A DNA stretch of 64,000 nt from an uncultured delta proteobacterium (GCA_963845145.1 CAWJQU010000002.1:416001-480000); one strand, 5' to 3'. Positions 1 to 10,370 are shown, counted from the first letter of the stretch. Numbers and translations are program-made. Notes: generated from the letters alone by a model not told the origin.

Positions 1-434
1 TGACCAACGATACTGGTATCCACAGACTTTCGGTTTTTAATGGTTTCTAAAATTTGTTCTACCAGTAATAGGGATTGCTTACCCAATGTCGCTGAATTTT
101 GCTCGAAATAGAGTATGAAATGTTCGGGGGGTGATGGTTGGGCCTGTAAAGCAGGTCCAAAAATTGAAGCGATTTCCTTTGCATCCATCACATAAGGAGG
201 GCTGGGCGGATCTTGCGCACTGCTTAGACGAGACGCTTCGCCGGCTTGATCTAGGATCGTCGTGCCTTGTGAATTGGAAATGATGACTTTTCCGACAACG
301 CCTTTATCGTCGGGAATTAAAACAAATATGTTTTGTTTTACGCCACATCCGGATAGCAAAATTATAGCAAAGAAAATAATCTTGAGAATATGTGTACGTA
401 ACTTAATAACGCTTACCGGACTGATATGGCCCAA
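1..434 (-). CDS. OmpA-family lipoprotein (partial; 3' end runs off the window)
   Basis: Hand translation: lipobox IILLSGC, then ...FILYFEQNSATL...DTSIVGH (start of an OmpA C-like domain). Not in the ORF track. TTG start at 434 is uncertain. Confidence 0.75.
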   Translation of the reverse strand, partial: MGHISPVSVIKLRTHILKIIFFAIILLSGCGVKQNIFVLIPDDKGVVGKVIISNSQGTTILDQAGEASRLSSAQDPPSPPYVMDAKEIASIFGPALQAQPSPPEHFILYFEQNSATLGKQSLLLVEQILETIKNRKSVDTSIVG

Positions 435-470
435 AATTTTGCCTGCTCTTGTAATGATTAAAATCCCATC

Positions 471-926
471 TTATTTTGCCGTGACTTTTGCTAAATATTG
501 AGTACCCCGAATGCCGATGGTCGCGACCGGGGTTTCCATGCGAACCGCATCCCGGGACAATTTTCCAATCTGCCCTGAAAGATACGCGAGGGTGCCCCTC
601 ACCAGCTTGGTAATGATAGAGAGATCGCCCCTTACCGGTGAGAAATTAAACTCATGGAGAATAATTTCACTGTTTGGGCCAAGCGACATGATCGTATCGT
701 CTCTGAGTATGATCCCGATACTGCTCCCACCGCCCCCTGTTTTTAAAATGTCCTTTTCATACAGCCGATGCCCTGCTTTAGCCCCCAAGGGCACATCTTG
801 TCTGATAATCAGGCAATCCCCTTGAGCCGTTTTGATGCTGCCAACGATAGACTCTTCGGCGACCGTATAATTTGTAAATAATAACAGAAAAGCTGCAGAA
901 ATAAAACCGCCAACAATGTATTTCAT
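471..926 (-). CDS. FecR-domain periplasmic protein
   Basis: Signal peptide; GIILRDDTIMSLGPNSEI and ETPVATIGIRGT motifs; GGAG/GAGG upstream of ATG 926. Confidence 0.85.
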   Translation of the reverse strand: MKYIVGGFISAAFLLLFTNYTVAEESIVGSIKTAQGDCLIIRQDVPLGAKAGHRLYEKDILKTGGGGSSIGIILRDDTIMSLGPNSEIILHEFNFSPVRGDLSIITKLVRGTLAYLSGQIGKLSRDAVRMETPVATIGIRGTQYLAKVTAK

Positions 927-1183
927 ATGCCTCACTCCTAAATCTCCGCTTTTGAATTAGTGTCCGTCCAGAAATGGATTGGCACAGATTAGATATGCAC
1001 AAATTTTTAATATACGATGAATCTCCGCCATTTTAAGCCCTGGCCTGAAACCAAAATCTGATATTGCTGGATACATTCTAAGTCATTGAAGGAACGATAT
1101 CATGTCTTCTAATCGGTGTCCAACTAGGAATGGTACAATGTGGTATACCGCATCTATCCAAGCGCGGGGCCAAGCGGGGTATG

Positions 1184-1816
1184 CTATTTCCGATTAAACA
1201 GGATTCCAAGCACACGCGCAACCCTCTCAGCAGACCCGACAACAATACCGACGACACCGCCGACCAGATGGGAAAGCGGCACCGGGACCATACCGGAATG
1301 GGTATTGGCGACAAAAACAGTATGGCCGGTCACCCCTTCATAGGTCACTTTGGCCAACAACGCGATCAATCCCAGCATATAAAATGCGGACCAACCCCGA
1401 TTTCCGGATGCCCGTTCCCGTTCCAGCAAGAGGGTAAAAAATAGCGCGTATAGGGCACAATCCAGTCCGGACAGTCCCCCGTAAACCATGAGATCCGGTT
1501 GCCCCCACCATAAACATAAGGGAATCAGGGCTACCGCAATCCCAAGGGTCGTATAGGTTTTTCGTTTGTCGAGTACCTCGCAGAGCGAACCTAAAAATAA
1601 AAAAGTCGCCGTTGACCAGAACAGGTGATCCCCGTTTAGATGCACCCAATGGCAGGTCACCAACCGCCATATTTCCATCCCTGCCAGGGCATTGCGCTCA
1701 TACAATAGGTCCATACGCAATCCATGGCACAGATGGATCAGCACGGCCAACAAGGTAAAAAATAGTGAGGCGTAAGGAAGTCGCCTCACTATTTTTAGGA
1801 TGCCGTCGGTATTCAT
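1184..1816 (-). CDS. rrtA: Rhombosortase (rhomboid-family GlyGly-CTERM-processing intramembrane serine protease)
   Basis: WRLVTCHWVH, catalytic Ser motif YGGLSG, His in PLSHLVG, several TM helices; lies directly downstream of a GlyGly-CTERM gene. Confidence 0.88.
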   Translation of the reverse strand: MNTDGILKIVRRLPYASLFFTLLAVLIHLCHGLRMDLLYERNALAGMEIWRLVTCHWVHLNGDHLFWSTATFLFLGSLCEVLDKRKTYTTLGIAVALIPLCLWWGQPDLMVYGGLSGLDCALYALFFTLLLERERASGNRGWSAFYMLGLIALLAKVTYEGVTGHTVFVANTHSGMVPVPLSHLVGGVVGIVVGSAERVARVLGILFNRK

Positions 1817-1831
1817 GGAAGTATCATCCGG

Positions 1832-3842
1832 TTAACGCTTTTTCCGACGCCCGGCGAGTCTGGCAACGCCCACAACCGATACGAAAAGGCCGAGTAGTCC
1901 GGTAACCGGATCGATGGCACCACCACCGCCACCCAAATCGGGGGTTTTAAAAGTAAACGCCGGTTTTTTCTTATCAACCTGATAGCTCTTAACCGGCTGT
2001 TGGGAACGAATATTCCTGGCCGTGTTTTCACGAGCCATGCGGGATTGATTGCGGCGCTCGATACCACGATCGGCAAAGGCATCATCGGATAGAATCACCA
2101 TCGATGTTTCGTCGGTAACGAGTTGATAATTTAAGCCCAAATCTCGAATAGCATTTTCCGATTCCGCCGGCGGCATTTGGCCGATACGCGCCATGGCCTC
2201 GATCTTTTCAATGGTGGCCATCGCCCAAAGCCTTTCCAGCTCCGGGTTATCCGTCATCAATGGCAGGAAAGTTAAAATCGGTCCGGTAGGTTTTATCCTC
2301 ACCGGTGAGACTGGCCTTTAAGGTCACTTGGGCCTTGCCGCCTTTTTCATATTTTCCAAAAAAGACCAGTTGTTGGCCACGGTAAACCTTGCGAAAGGTC
2401 TTGTCGGTCAGATCGGTTACGGGGACCCCTGATATTTTCACCTCGGCATCTAAAAGGGCCTCGTATTTGATCTTGCTCCCGGCCAGTAACAATTTACCCA
2501 TAATATCATCGAGATTCGAGATCGTGTCGTAAAAACCACCGGTCGTCTCCGTAACGGTTTGCATCAAAGGCCAGTTGGCACTGTTTCCCAATAGAAAACC
2601 AAATACCCGCACATCCACTTTTTTCAACAATGTGTGAAATTTAACCGGATCGACAAAACCGGTATTGGTTACCGCGTCGGTCACCAGAACAATATTGGCG
2701 GCACGGTCGTCATCCAGTTGTTTGAGCCCCAGCTGGAGCCCTTCGTAAAGGTTGGTACTCCCCTTGGCGGATAGGGAATCCAGTATGCCTTTTGCCTGTA
2801 TAATCGATTCAGGCGATACCGCCACCCAATCCCGTGTCAACTCACGGGCGGAACTTTCAAAGGATACCAGGCGGAAACGATCTTCAGGCTTGAGTTGCTC
2901 AAGTGCTTTGAGCACCCCTTTTTTCAACGTGGTCATCTTGGCCTGCATACTCCCGGAGATGTCCAGGACAAAGCAGTAATCGGCACCGTTGCTCAACGGC
3001 TTTAAATCCTCACCCGGCGTGATCACCATCATAAAAGTCCCCGCACCGTTCTCATCATCCCGGAAGGGAATGACTTCAACCCGCCCGGGCAGGTTATCCT
3101 GCAAACGGTAGTAGAAAATAACATCTCGGGTTAGCTGCATATCGGTAAGCTGCATATCCATGCTGTAATGCCCTTCTCCCTTTTCGTTTATGGTTGCCGC
3201 CGCTTCAAAACCGGGCACACGCACATCCTGAACCGGGTAGGCCGACTTTAACTCAAGCGACATGGAAAACGAATGATCTACTTTGGCATTGGTGGTCCAG
3301 AAACCCATACCCGCCTCGTCGGTGCCGCCATCTTCCAAAGGATACAAATAGCGGCCGATGCCAGTGTCGATCTGAAGGGGCTGGTAGTAGAGAAATCGAA
3401 TCCGGGTGTCACCCAAGGCCGGCACCGGAAATACCTTGAATTCAAAAGTGAAATATTCGTTTTTTTCAGCCAGGCCCGATTCGTTGCCCTTACCCTTCTC
3501 CTCTTCATATATTTTTCGTGCATTGTTTTTTTCCAGCACTTCCCCGTGAATGTCGCGCTCCCCAACCGTATAGGTCACCTCCGAGAGGCTCGCGCTTTTG
3601 GGCAACGGAAAGCTGTATACGGCTTCCAATTGTTCACTATTTGGATTGTAAAAGGTTTGATGCACTTCGGTCATGGCAAATCCGTTGTTGATCACCACAT
3701 TGACATGATGGTCTCGGATTTGAATCGGTTGGTGCTTCGAGCCGACAGGGGTCAATATTCCGGCAGCATCTCCCCAACCAGCGGTTAACGTCAGCATTAG
3801 AAGCGTGATAATCGACATCATTGTTTTTCTCAGGCAAAACAT
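1832..3842 (-). pseudogene. VIT + vWA domain protein with GlyGly-CTERM tail, split by an apparent 1-nt frameshift at about 2255 (pseudogene or sequence error)
   Basis: ORF 2247-3842: signal peptide, VIT domain (YSFPLPKSASLS), MIDAS DISGS. ORF 1832-2302 continues NPELERLWA... and ends GGGGGAIDP-TM-RRKKR. Removing base 2255 gives a 669-aa ORF. Confidence 0.85.
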
Positions 3843-3881
3843 AACGACCCTCCTTCAATTTTTGGGGTTTTACCTTGAAAG

Positions 3882-3898
3882 AGCAATGCTTATGCCAA
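3882..3898 (-). promoter_or_regulatory. Sigma-54 (-24/-12) promoter of the VIT-vWA/rhombosortase operon
   Basis: Minus strand TTGGCATAAGCATTGCT (GG-N10-GC), about 40 nt upstream of ATG 3842; a bEBP gene is divergent. Confidence 0.85.
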
Positions 3899-4039
3899 GG
3901 ATCGCCACGATCCATTTTTTTCAATCCTAACCATTTTGAATAACATCAAATATTAAATTCTAATATCGGTCAATTTAAGCCTCGCGGGCACCGTTGCATG
4001 TTTTTTTATGGTCAATATTTGCGCTTAATAATCTTTTTA

Positions 4040-4060
4040 TGTATACAGAATTTGTTCACA
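4040..4060. promoter_or_regulatory. Candidate upstream activator site / autoregulatory operator
   Basis: Imperfect palindrome TGTATACA-GAATT-TGTTCACA about 150 nt upstream of the sigma-54 promoter, beyond an AT-rich stretch. Confidence 0.35.
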
Positions 4061-4103
4061 ACGACCCTTAGCCGACAAAGATAAAAAATATAGGACGTGC
4101 ACC

Positions 4104-5603
4104 ATGGCTCTGTTGACCTCGAAGGATCGCCGCTTTTTAAAGGCCGTCTCAAAAATAAACTATGTAAATCCCTTTTTACTGGAACGCATCCAATACGAAC
4201 GCGAAGCACTACAAAAAGAATTTGATGAATCCAAAGCCAACTGGAACCTATTGGGCGATGACCCTGAATCTCATCAGGTCAACACGCGCAAAATTACGAC
4301 CCAGGCTTATTCGATCCTGGTCAAGCTCCAAGCGCGCTTAAAAGAAGGAAAAAAAGCCGCACCCGATGAGGTGGCACTCTACGAAGATACGGCCCTGTTT
4401 TTGTTCTTCCACTATTTTGCCCAGCCCTTCAAAGCTTGCATCCTGACCCCCAAAAAGGGTCAGATCTACGATTTCTATGAGGAGTTTGCCCAGTATTGGG
4501 TGCGCTTTTTTAATATCGATGGGTACCCCTTACCGAAACCTAAAGAAGCGCCCCATGTTTTCGCCTGCATTTTCCAGGTCCGCCGGGCATTTCATTACAT
4601 TTTCAGGGCGATTATCGGGCGCTCTCCCGTGGCGGCCGAATTGAGAGCGGCCGTTTGGGACTCTATTTTCACCCATGACATGCGACGGTATCGTCGTACT
4701 TTTTTTAAATCCATGGGCGATTTTGCCACCCTCATCATCGGTCCCACCGGGTCTGGCAAAGAACTCGTGGCAACGGCCATCGGCCGGGCGCGTTATATAC
4801 CCTTTAACCCCGATACGCTGACATTTGACAAAGATTTCGCCGAGACCTTTTTTCCCATCAACCTGGCCGCCCTTCCCACGACCTTGGTGGAATCTGAGCT
4901 ATTCGGCCATCGCCGTGGCGCTTTTACCGGGGCTATCGAAAATCGTCAGGGTTGGCTGGCGGCCTGCCCGCCCGAAGGGTCCGTCTTTTTGGATGAAATC
5001 GGCGAGCTGGATCCGCTGGTCCAGGTCAAACTGCTGCGCGTGATGCAATCCCGCACCTTTCAACCCCTCGGGTCAACCAAATCCCTGATCTTTGGAGGTA
5101 AAATCATCGCTGCCACACACCGCGACATCCATGCCGACATGGAGGCCGGACGATTTAGGAAAGATCTCTACTACCGATTATGCTCGGATATCATCACCCC
5201 ACCTTCCCTGCACCAGCAAGTGAGGGAATCACCGGAACTTATTCGGGATCTTGTCGCTTATATTGCCCAACGCGTTGCCGGAAAGGAGGGAGAACGGCTT
5301 GCCAAGGAGGTGATGTCATGGATAGAAGGCAAACTGGGATGGGATTACCCCTGGCCGGGCAATATCCGCGAGCTGGAGCAATGCGTCCGCAGCATCATGA
5401 TCCGTCGCGAGTATCACCCCATAAACCTGCATTCGGGTCGACAAAGGAACAACTTGCCGTCCAATTCAGATGAGAAACCCCTAAGTCTTGATGCCATGTG
5501 TCGCCGTTACTGCACCCGCATTTATCGTGAGGTGGGTTCTTATGCGAAAGCGGCCAGGCGGCTACAGGTTGATCGGCGCACGGTGAAAAAATATGTCGAC
5601 TAA
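4104..5603 (+). CDS. Sigma-54-dependent transcriptional activator (bEBP) with an unrecognised N-terminal domain
   Basis: Walker A GPTGSGKE, ESELFGHRRGAFTGA, Walker B FLDEIG, WPGNIREL, C-terminal Fis-like HTH. Confidence 0.93.
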   Translation: MALLTSKDRRFLKAVSKINYVNPFLLERIQYEREALQKEFDESKANWNLLGDDPESHQVNTRKITTQAYSILVKLQARLKEGKKAAPDEVALYEDTALFLFFHYFAQPFKACILTPKKGQIYDFYEEFAQYWVRFFNIDGYPLPKPKEAPHVFACIFQVRRAFHYIFRAIIGRSPVAAELRAAVWDSIFTHDMRRYRRTFFKSMGDFATLIIGPTGSGKELVATAIGRARYIPFNPDTLTFDKDFAETFFPINLAALPTTLVESELFGHRRGAFTGAIENRQGWLAACPPEGSVFLDEIGELDPLVQVKLLRVMQSRTFQPLGSTKSLIFGGKIIAATHRDIHADMEAGRFRKDLYYRLCSDIITPPSLHQQVRESPELIRDLVAYIAQRVAGKEGERLAKEVMSWIEGKLGWDYPWPGNIRELEQCVRSIMIRREYHPINLHSGRQRNNLPSNSDEKPLSLDAMCRRYCTRIYREVGSYAKAARRLQVDRRTVKKYVD

Positions 5604-5628
5604 TCACCCACAATGCCATTCATCCCGA

Positions 5629-6573
5629 TCAAGCACCCAAGATAGCGTTCATGGTGGTCGCATCGATATTGCCGCCACTTAAGATGACCCCGACCTTACC
5701 TGCCGGCGCCACGGCCCGACTTAAAAGGGCTGCCAGGCCCAATGCTCCGGACGGTTCTACAACCAGTTTCATACGATAAAAAAGAAATCGAACGGCTTCC
5801 ATAATGGCTTCTTCCGAAACGGTTTGCATGTCATCAACATATTCTAAAACCAGAGGGAAGGTGATCCGTCCCAAGGATGGGGTGCGCGTCCCGTCGGCAA
5901 TGGTGGGCGGATTTTTTACCGTATGAAGCTTTTTGGTATGAAATGACTTGGTGGCATCATCAGCCAGTTTAGGTTCGATGCCAACGACGCTGCAGTTTGG
6001 GAACAATCCTTTGGCGGCAATTGCCGAACCGCTCAAAAGTCCACCCCCGCCACAAGGAACCAGTAGCATATCGAGCGCCCCGACTGTTTCAAGCATCTCC
6101 AGGGCAGCGGTTCCCTGACCCGCGACAACCTCTTTGTGATCATAAGGCGGAATCATCGTATAGCCCTTTTCAGCTTGAAGCCTGTGGGCGATATCCTCTC
6201 TAGTCGCATTCTCCGGATCATATTCGATAATGGTGGCACCGTACCCTTGGGTTGCCGCCTTTTTGGTAGCCGGGGCATTGTCCGGCATAACGATGGTTGT
6301 CTCAACATCCAACATTTGTCCGACCAAAGCGACGGCTTGAGCATGATTTCCCGAAGAATAGGTGATGACCCCGCGCGATTTTTCTTTTTTTGTCAGTTGA
6401 GAAATACTATTAAATGCGCCGCGAAACTTGAAGGCACCAATTCGTTGAAAGTTCTCACATTTAAAATACACCTCGGCTTTGACCATCCGATTTAAGGTCC
6501 TGGAAGTCATTACCGGGGTCAGGTTGGCATACCCTTTCAATCTTTTTTGAGCAGCTTTAATATTTTTGAACAT
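5629..6573 (-). CDS. PLP-dependent threonine/serine dehydratase / serine racemase-like ammonia-lyase
   Basis: KCENFQRIGAFKFRGA, SSGNHAQ, GGGGLLSG, VEPSGA motifs; no ACT domain. Confidence 0.9.
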   Translation of the reverse strand: MFKNIKAAQKRLKGYANLTPVMTSRTLNRMVKAEVYFKCENFQRIGAFKFRGAFNSISQLTKKEKSRGVITYSSGNHAQAVALVGQMLDVETTIVMPDNAPATKKAATQGYGATIIEYDPENATREDIAHRLQAEKGYTMIPPYDHKEVVAGQGTAALEMLETVGALDMLLVPCGGGGLLSGSAIAAKGLFPNCSVVGIEPKLADDATKSFHTKKLHTVKNPPTIADGTRTPSLGRITFPLVLEYVDDMQTVSEEAIMEAVRFLFYRMKLVVEPSGALGLAALLSRAVAPAGKVGVILSGGNIDATTMNAILGA

Positions 6574-6599
6574 ATCTTCTTAACGCTCTTCTATTAGCT

Positions 6600-7427
6600 T
6601 CATGCCCACAAAAAACCCGTCACCCTTTTTCCCAACACTTCTTCATTGAAAACGACCTTAGCGACTGGCGTCTCCCTACAGGCGGAACCGTAGCACACAT
6701 GCAAAGGCAAAAGGTGCTCTTCCCGTGGATGGCAAAACCGGGCCGACGGCGCATTTTCCCACTGGACCAGCCGTCGCTCTTGCTCATCTTTAAGCAAATC
6801 CGCGCGGGTGCATGTATCAATCAACCACCGATCAAATTCAGCACATTTGTTTTGACTGTCCATCTGCTTCGAAGAAAAAGCCCGCAGGTTGTGAAAAGAC
6901 ATCCCCGACCCGAAAATTATCACATTTTCCTGTCGCAACCAATCGATCGCCTTTCCGAGCCGGATGTGCCGTTGGGGGTCCAAATCGCGTAACAGTGACA
7001 ATTGAATACAGGGAATTTGCGCATGCGGGTATATCAACTTTAATGGGATAAAAAGACCATGATCGAACCCGCGCCAACGATCTTGCCTCACCTTAAATCC
7101 ATCTGCCTTTAACCGATCAAACAATTTTTGTGCCAGCGGCGGATTGCCCGGTACAGGGTATTGTATTTGGTAGGCCTCCGGCGGAAATCCAAAGTAATCG
7201 TAGATGATCTCCGGATGAAGACCGCACGTTAGGGTGGCGCACTCTTCTTCCCAATGCGCGCTGATCACGACAATCGCCGATGGTTCGCCAAGTACTGTCG
7301 GGAGTTTTTCAAAAAATTTTACCAGCGCCTGGTGGCTTGTCTCGCCCAATATGGGCATAGGGCCGCCACCGTGTGGCAAATAAATAACAGGCGAAAGATT
7401 CTTGGAAGAATTATTCTTCGAGACCAT
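6600..7427 (-). CDS. DODA/LigB-type (class III) extradiol dioxygenase
   Basis: HGGGP, ISAHW, YDYFGFP, RGFDHG, GSGMSFHN, HPREEHLLPL; start uncertain. Confidence 0.9.
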   Translation of the reverse strand: MVSKNNSSKNLSPVIYLPHGGGPMPILGETSHQALVKFFEKLPTVLGEPSAIVVISAHWEEECATLTCGLHPEIIYDYFGFPPEAYQIQYPVPGNPPLAQKLFDRLKADGFKVRQDRWRGFDHGLFIPLKLIYPHAQIPCIQLSLLRDLDPQRHIRLGKAIDWLRQENVIIFGSGMSFHNLRAFSSKQMDSQNKCAEFDRWLIDTCTRADLLKDEQERRLVQWENAPSARFCHPREEHLLPLHVCYGSACRETPVAKVVFNEEVLGKRVTGFLWA

Positions 7428-7633
7428 GTCCATTCCAATCATTACTTTATTGGTACCTTGCAGCACACCCAGCCATCAAGCAAACCAAGTCCAAATCTTT
7501 GATAGCGCACCATCACCATATACTACCGTTCACCTCTGTCAAGGAGAACATAAAAGCCTTGACGGCGAATTCTCTCCATGAAAAAGTTGGTGTTTACCGT
7601 TTCTCACAACCCTTTTTAGCAAGGATTGATTCA

Positions 7634-8551
7634 ATGATCGCCCTTTCGACTTCATTTGCTGCGGGACGATTCAATAATGGCGAGACCCTGCTGGCTGCCC
7701 TTGAGGGATTCGAGATAACCGGCATCGAGCTCGAATACCGCATCAACACGAAGGTTTTTCATCAAATGAAACCGTTGCTGTTGCGATCCCGGCTGCCTGT
7801 GGTCAGCATCCACAACTTTTTTCCTGTTCCGGGTATCATCAAATCGGGACAGGGCAGTGGCGACCACTTTCTTTTATCCCATCCGGACCGGGAGGAGCGC
7901 CTCAATGCGATCAAATGGACCCGGCGCACCATTGAGCATGCTAACGATCTTGAAGCGGGTGTGGTCGTTCTCCATTGCGGTAGGGTGGATATTGACCCCG
8001 GTATCGATCAAATACATGCCTACTACCAATCCGACCGAATCACGTCCGAAGAAGCCCTTAATTTTATTTCAAAAGCCAAAGAGCATCGGGATCGCCATAA
8101 ACCAAAATACATTGACAGCCTATTGTCCAGCCTTGACCGACTGCTGGGAGTGGCCGAACGATACCACGTGACCCTGGCCCTGGAGAATCGCTATCACTAC
8201 CACGAGCTTCCCGGTCCCAATGATTTTCCGGTAATATTCAACGAATTTGACGGTGCCCCGCTCGGATATTGGCACGACACCGGCCATGCCCATGTCAATG
8301 ACATCCTCTCCATGACCGAGGCCGATGCCCTGCTATCGAGGAACCTGGATCGACTGGTCGGGATTCACCTCCACGACGCTGTCGGCCTAACCGATCACCT
8401 CCCGCCCGGGACCGGTGATATTGATTTTTCAAAAATCATGAACCATTTAAGCCCCGACACCATCAAGGTCATTGAGCTTAAACCCGGCACACAAGATGCC
8501 GATATTGCTGGGGGCATCAAACACATCGCAGACCAACGAGAGTGTCATTAA
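7634..8551 (+). CDS. Sugar phosphate isomerase/epimerase family (xylose isomerase-like TIM barrel) protein
   Basis: LALENR, WHDTGHA, GIHLHD, DHLPPGTGDIDF motifs; AAGGA upstream of ATG 7634. Confidence 0.85.
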   Translation: MIALSTSFAAGRFNNGETLLAALEGFEITGIELEYRINTKVFHQMKPLLLRSRLPVVSIHNFFPVPGIIKSGQGSGDHFLLSHPDREERLNAIKWTRRTIEHANDLEAGVVVLHCGRVDIDPGIDQIHAYYQSDRITSEEALNFISKAKEHRDRHKPKYIDSLLSSLDRLLGVAERYHVTLALENRYHYHELPGPNDFPVIFNEFDGAPLGYWHDTGHAHVNDILSMTEADALLSRNLDRLVGIHLHDAVGLTDHLPPGTGDIDFSKIMNHLSPDTIKVIELKPGTQDADIAGGIKHIADQRECH

Positions 8552-8614
8552 TATCAATTACGAACAAAAAGCGGTTACCACTGGCCAATCTGCCGCAGGC
8601 GGACCCATCGACCC

Positions 8615-9949
8615 ATGAAAAGCATACTGATTAAAAACGCTCAAATCGTCAATGAGGGAACCATCCAATCCGGCGACCTGTTCCTAAAAAACGGGCGCAT
8701 CGACCGGATCGATTCGGACATACCCAATGCAAACGCGGATGATGTCATTGATGCCGAGGGCAACATCATCATGCCGGGTATGATCGATGCCCATGTGCAC
8801 TTCCGCGAACCGGGGTTGACCCACAAGGCCGATATCGCTTCCGAATCCCGGGCAGCCGTGGCCGGCGGCATCACCAGTTACCTGGAAATGCCCAACACCA
8901 ACCCGCCCACCACGACCTTAGGCCGGGTTGAAGATAAATGTCACTTCGCCGCGCGCACATCTTTGGCCAACTATGGATTCTACCTGGGTGCCACCCAGGG
9001 CAATATTGACGAAATCAGGCGGATCGATCCTTTGTTGGTGGGGGGAATCAAGCTGTTTATGGGGGCGTCCACCGGAAATATGCTGGTGGATAAAAAAGAA
9101 GCGCTGAACACCATTTTTGCATCGGCCAAGATACCGGTCGCCGTTCACTGCGAAGATTCAACCATCATCAAACGAAATGAGGCCGATTTTCGGGCTCGCT
9201 ACGGTGAAGATGTGCCCATGCGGTATCATGCTTCCATTCGCAGCAACGACGCCTGCTACCAATCTACCGCCGAAGCCGTAGAGCTGGCCAATCGCCACGG
9301 GGCACGACTCCACGTGCTCCATCTCTCTACCCAAGAGGAACTGGCTCTGTTTTCCGATACACCGCTATCTGAAAAAACCATTACCGCTGAGGCATGCGTT
9401 CACCATCTCTTTTTCGACGACCGCGATTATGAGCGCAAGGGAACGCGTATCAAATGCAATCCGGCAATCAAGTCATCGCAGGATCACACGGCACTAATAG
9501 AAGCGGTCAAAACCAACCGGATTGACACCATTGGGACGGACCATGCCCCGCACACCCTGGCCGAAAAGAACAAGCCCTATTTCAAGGCGCCATCGGGGAT
9601 GCCCCTGGCCCAGCATGCCCTGGTATCATTGCTGGAAGGATACCATCGTGGAGACTTCACCTTGGAACTGATTGCCGAAAAAACGGCGCATGCCCCGGCC
9701 GAGCTTTTCCAAATCGAACACCGCGGATACATTCGGGAAGGGTATTGGGCCGATCTTGTGCTGGTAGACCTTCACCGCCCGTGGACGGTTACGGCTGACA
9801 ACCTATTGTCCAAATGTGGCTGGTCGCCCTTTGAAGGGCATCGGTTCGGCGCTACCATTCTGGCCACTATCGTCTCCGGCCATCTCGCTTGGCAAAAAGG
9901 CCAAATTAACGAAATAGAAAAAGGCCGGCGTCTGAGATTTGATCGATAA
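8615..9949 (+). CDS. pyrC: Dihydroorotase
   Basis: PGMIDAHVHFREPG, EMPNT, KLFMGASTG, KCNPAIK, TDHAPH, SKCGWSPF. Confidence 0.93.
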   Translation: MKSILIKNAQIVNEGTIQSGDLFLKNGRIDRIDSDIPNANADDVIDAEGNIIMPGMIDAHVHFREPGLTHKADIASESRAAVAGGITSYLEMPNTNPPTTTLGRVEDKCHFAARTSLANYGFYLGATQGNIDEIRRIDPLLVGGIKLFMGASTGNMLVDKKEALNTIFASAKIPVAVHCEDSTIIKRNEADFRARYGEDVPMRYHASIRSNDACYQSTAEAVELANRHGARLHVLHLSTQEELALFSDTPLSEKTITAEACVHHLFFDDRDYERKGTRIKCNPAIKSSQDHTALIEAVKTNRIDTIGTDHAPHTLAEKNKPYFKAPSGMPLAQHALVSLLEGYHRGDFTLELIAEKTAHAPAELFQIEHRGYIREGYWADLVLVDLHRPWTVTADNLLSKCGWSPFEGHRFGATILATIVSGHLAWQKGQINEIEKGRRLRFDR

Positions 9950-9959
9950 TACAGATTCG

Positions 9960-10370
9960 TCAACCAACCCAGTTCTGTATCTTTAAACCAGGGACGCGTT
10001 GAAACTCCCTTTCATTGTTGGTAACAAGTATGAGCTTTTCCGCTTTTGCGTGTGCAGCGATCCATAAATCGTTATTGCCGATAGGTGTCCCCTTGGATTC
10101 CAGTGATGCGCGGATGGCTCCGTATGTTTCCCCCGTGTTTTCAGGAATTGCCAACACAGGAACAAAAGACTTGAACTCCGTAAGTAACTGCAACACTATT
10201 TTACGCTGCTTACTCTTTTCAGCACCATAGAGCAGTTCCCCCCATGTAACAACGGATATCGCTGCATCACCAGGCTTGAGCCTTCTAAAACGCGTTAATA
10301 CTTTTTCAGGCCTTTCACGTTGGATGTATATACATATATTGGTATCCAACATATATCGTGGCGTTATCAC
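9960..10370 (-). CDS. vapC: Type II TA toxin VapC (PIN domain)
   Basis: MLDTNICIY, GELLYGAEKS, GTPIGNNDLWIAAHA, LVTNNEREF. Confidence 0.95.
   Translation of the reverse strand: MITPRYMLDTNICIYIQRERPEKVLTRFRRLKPGDAAISVVTWGELLYGAEKSKQRKIVLQLLTEFKSFVPVLAIPENTGETYGAIRASLESKGTPIGNNDLWIAAHAKAEKLILVTNNEREFQRVPGLKIQNWVG

Noticed and set aside
435..473. FecR and OmpA ORFs are in the same frame, separated by one TAA (possible fusion or read-through)
   Set aside because: The OmpA ORF has its own lipoprotein signal peptide, and such genes are normally separate neighbours
979..995. TTGGCAC resembling a sigma-54 -24 box
   Set aside because: No GC at -12, and it points away from the adjacent gene start
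958..1080. Possible degenerate MITE (TAGTGTCCGTCCAGAAAT and a weak inverted copy near 1063-1080)
   Set aside because: Only about 12/18 match and no clear target duplication; cannot be supported without a genome-wide search
1832..2302. 156-aa ORF as an independent gene
   Set aside because: It is the out-of-frame C-terminus of the VIT-vWA protein; it has no signal peptide to go with its sorting tail
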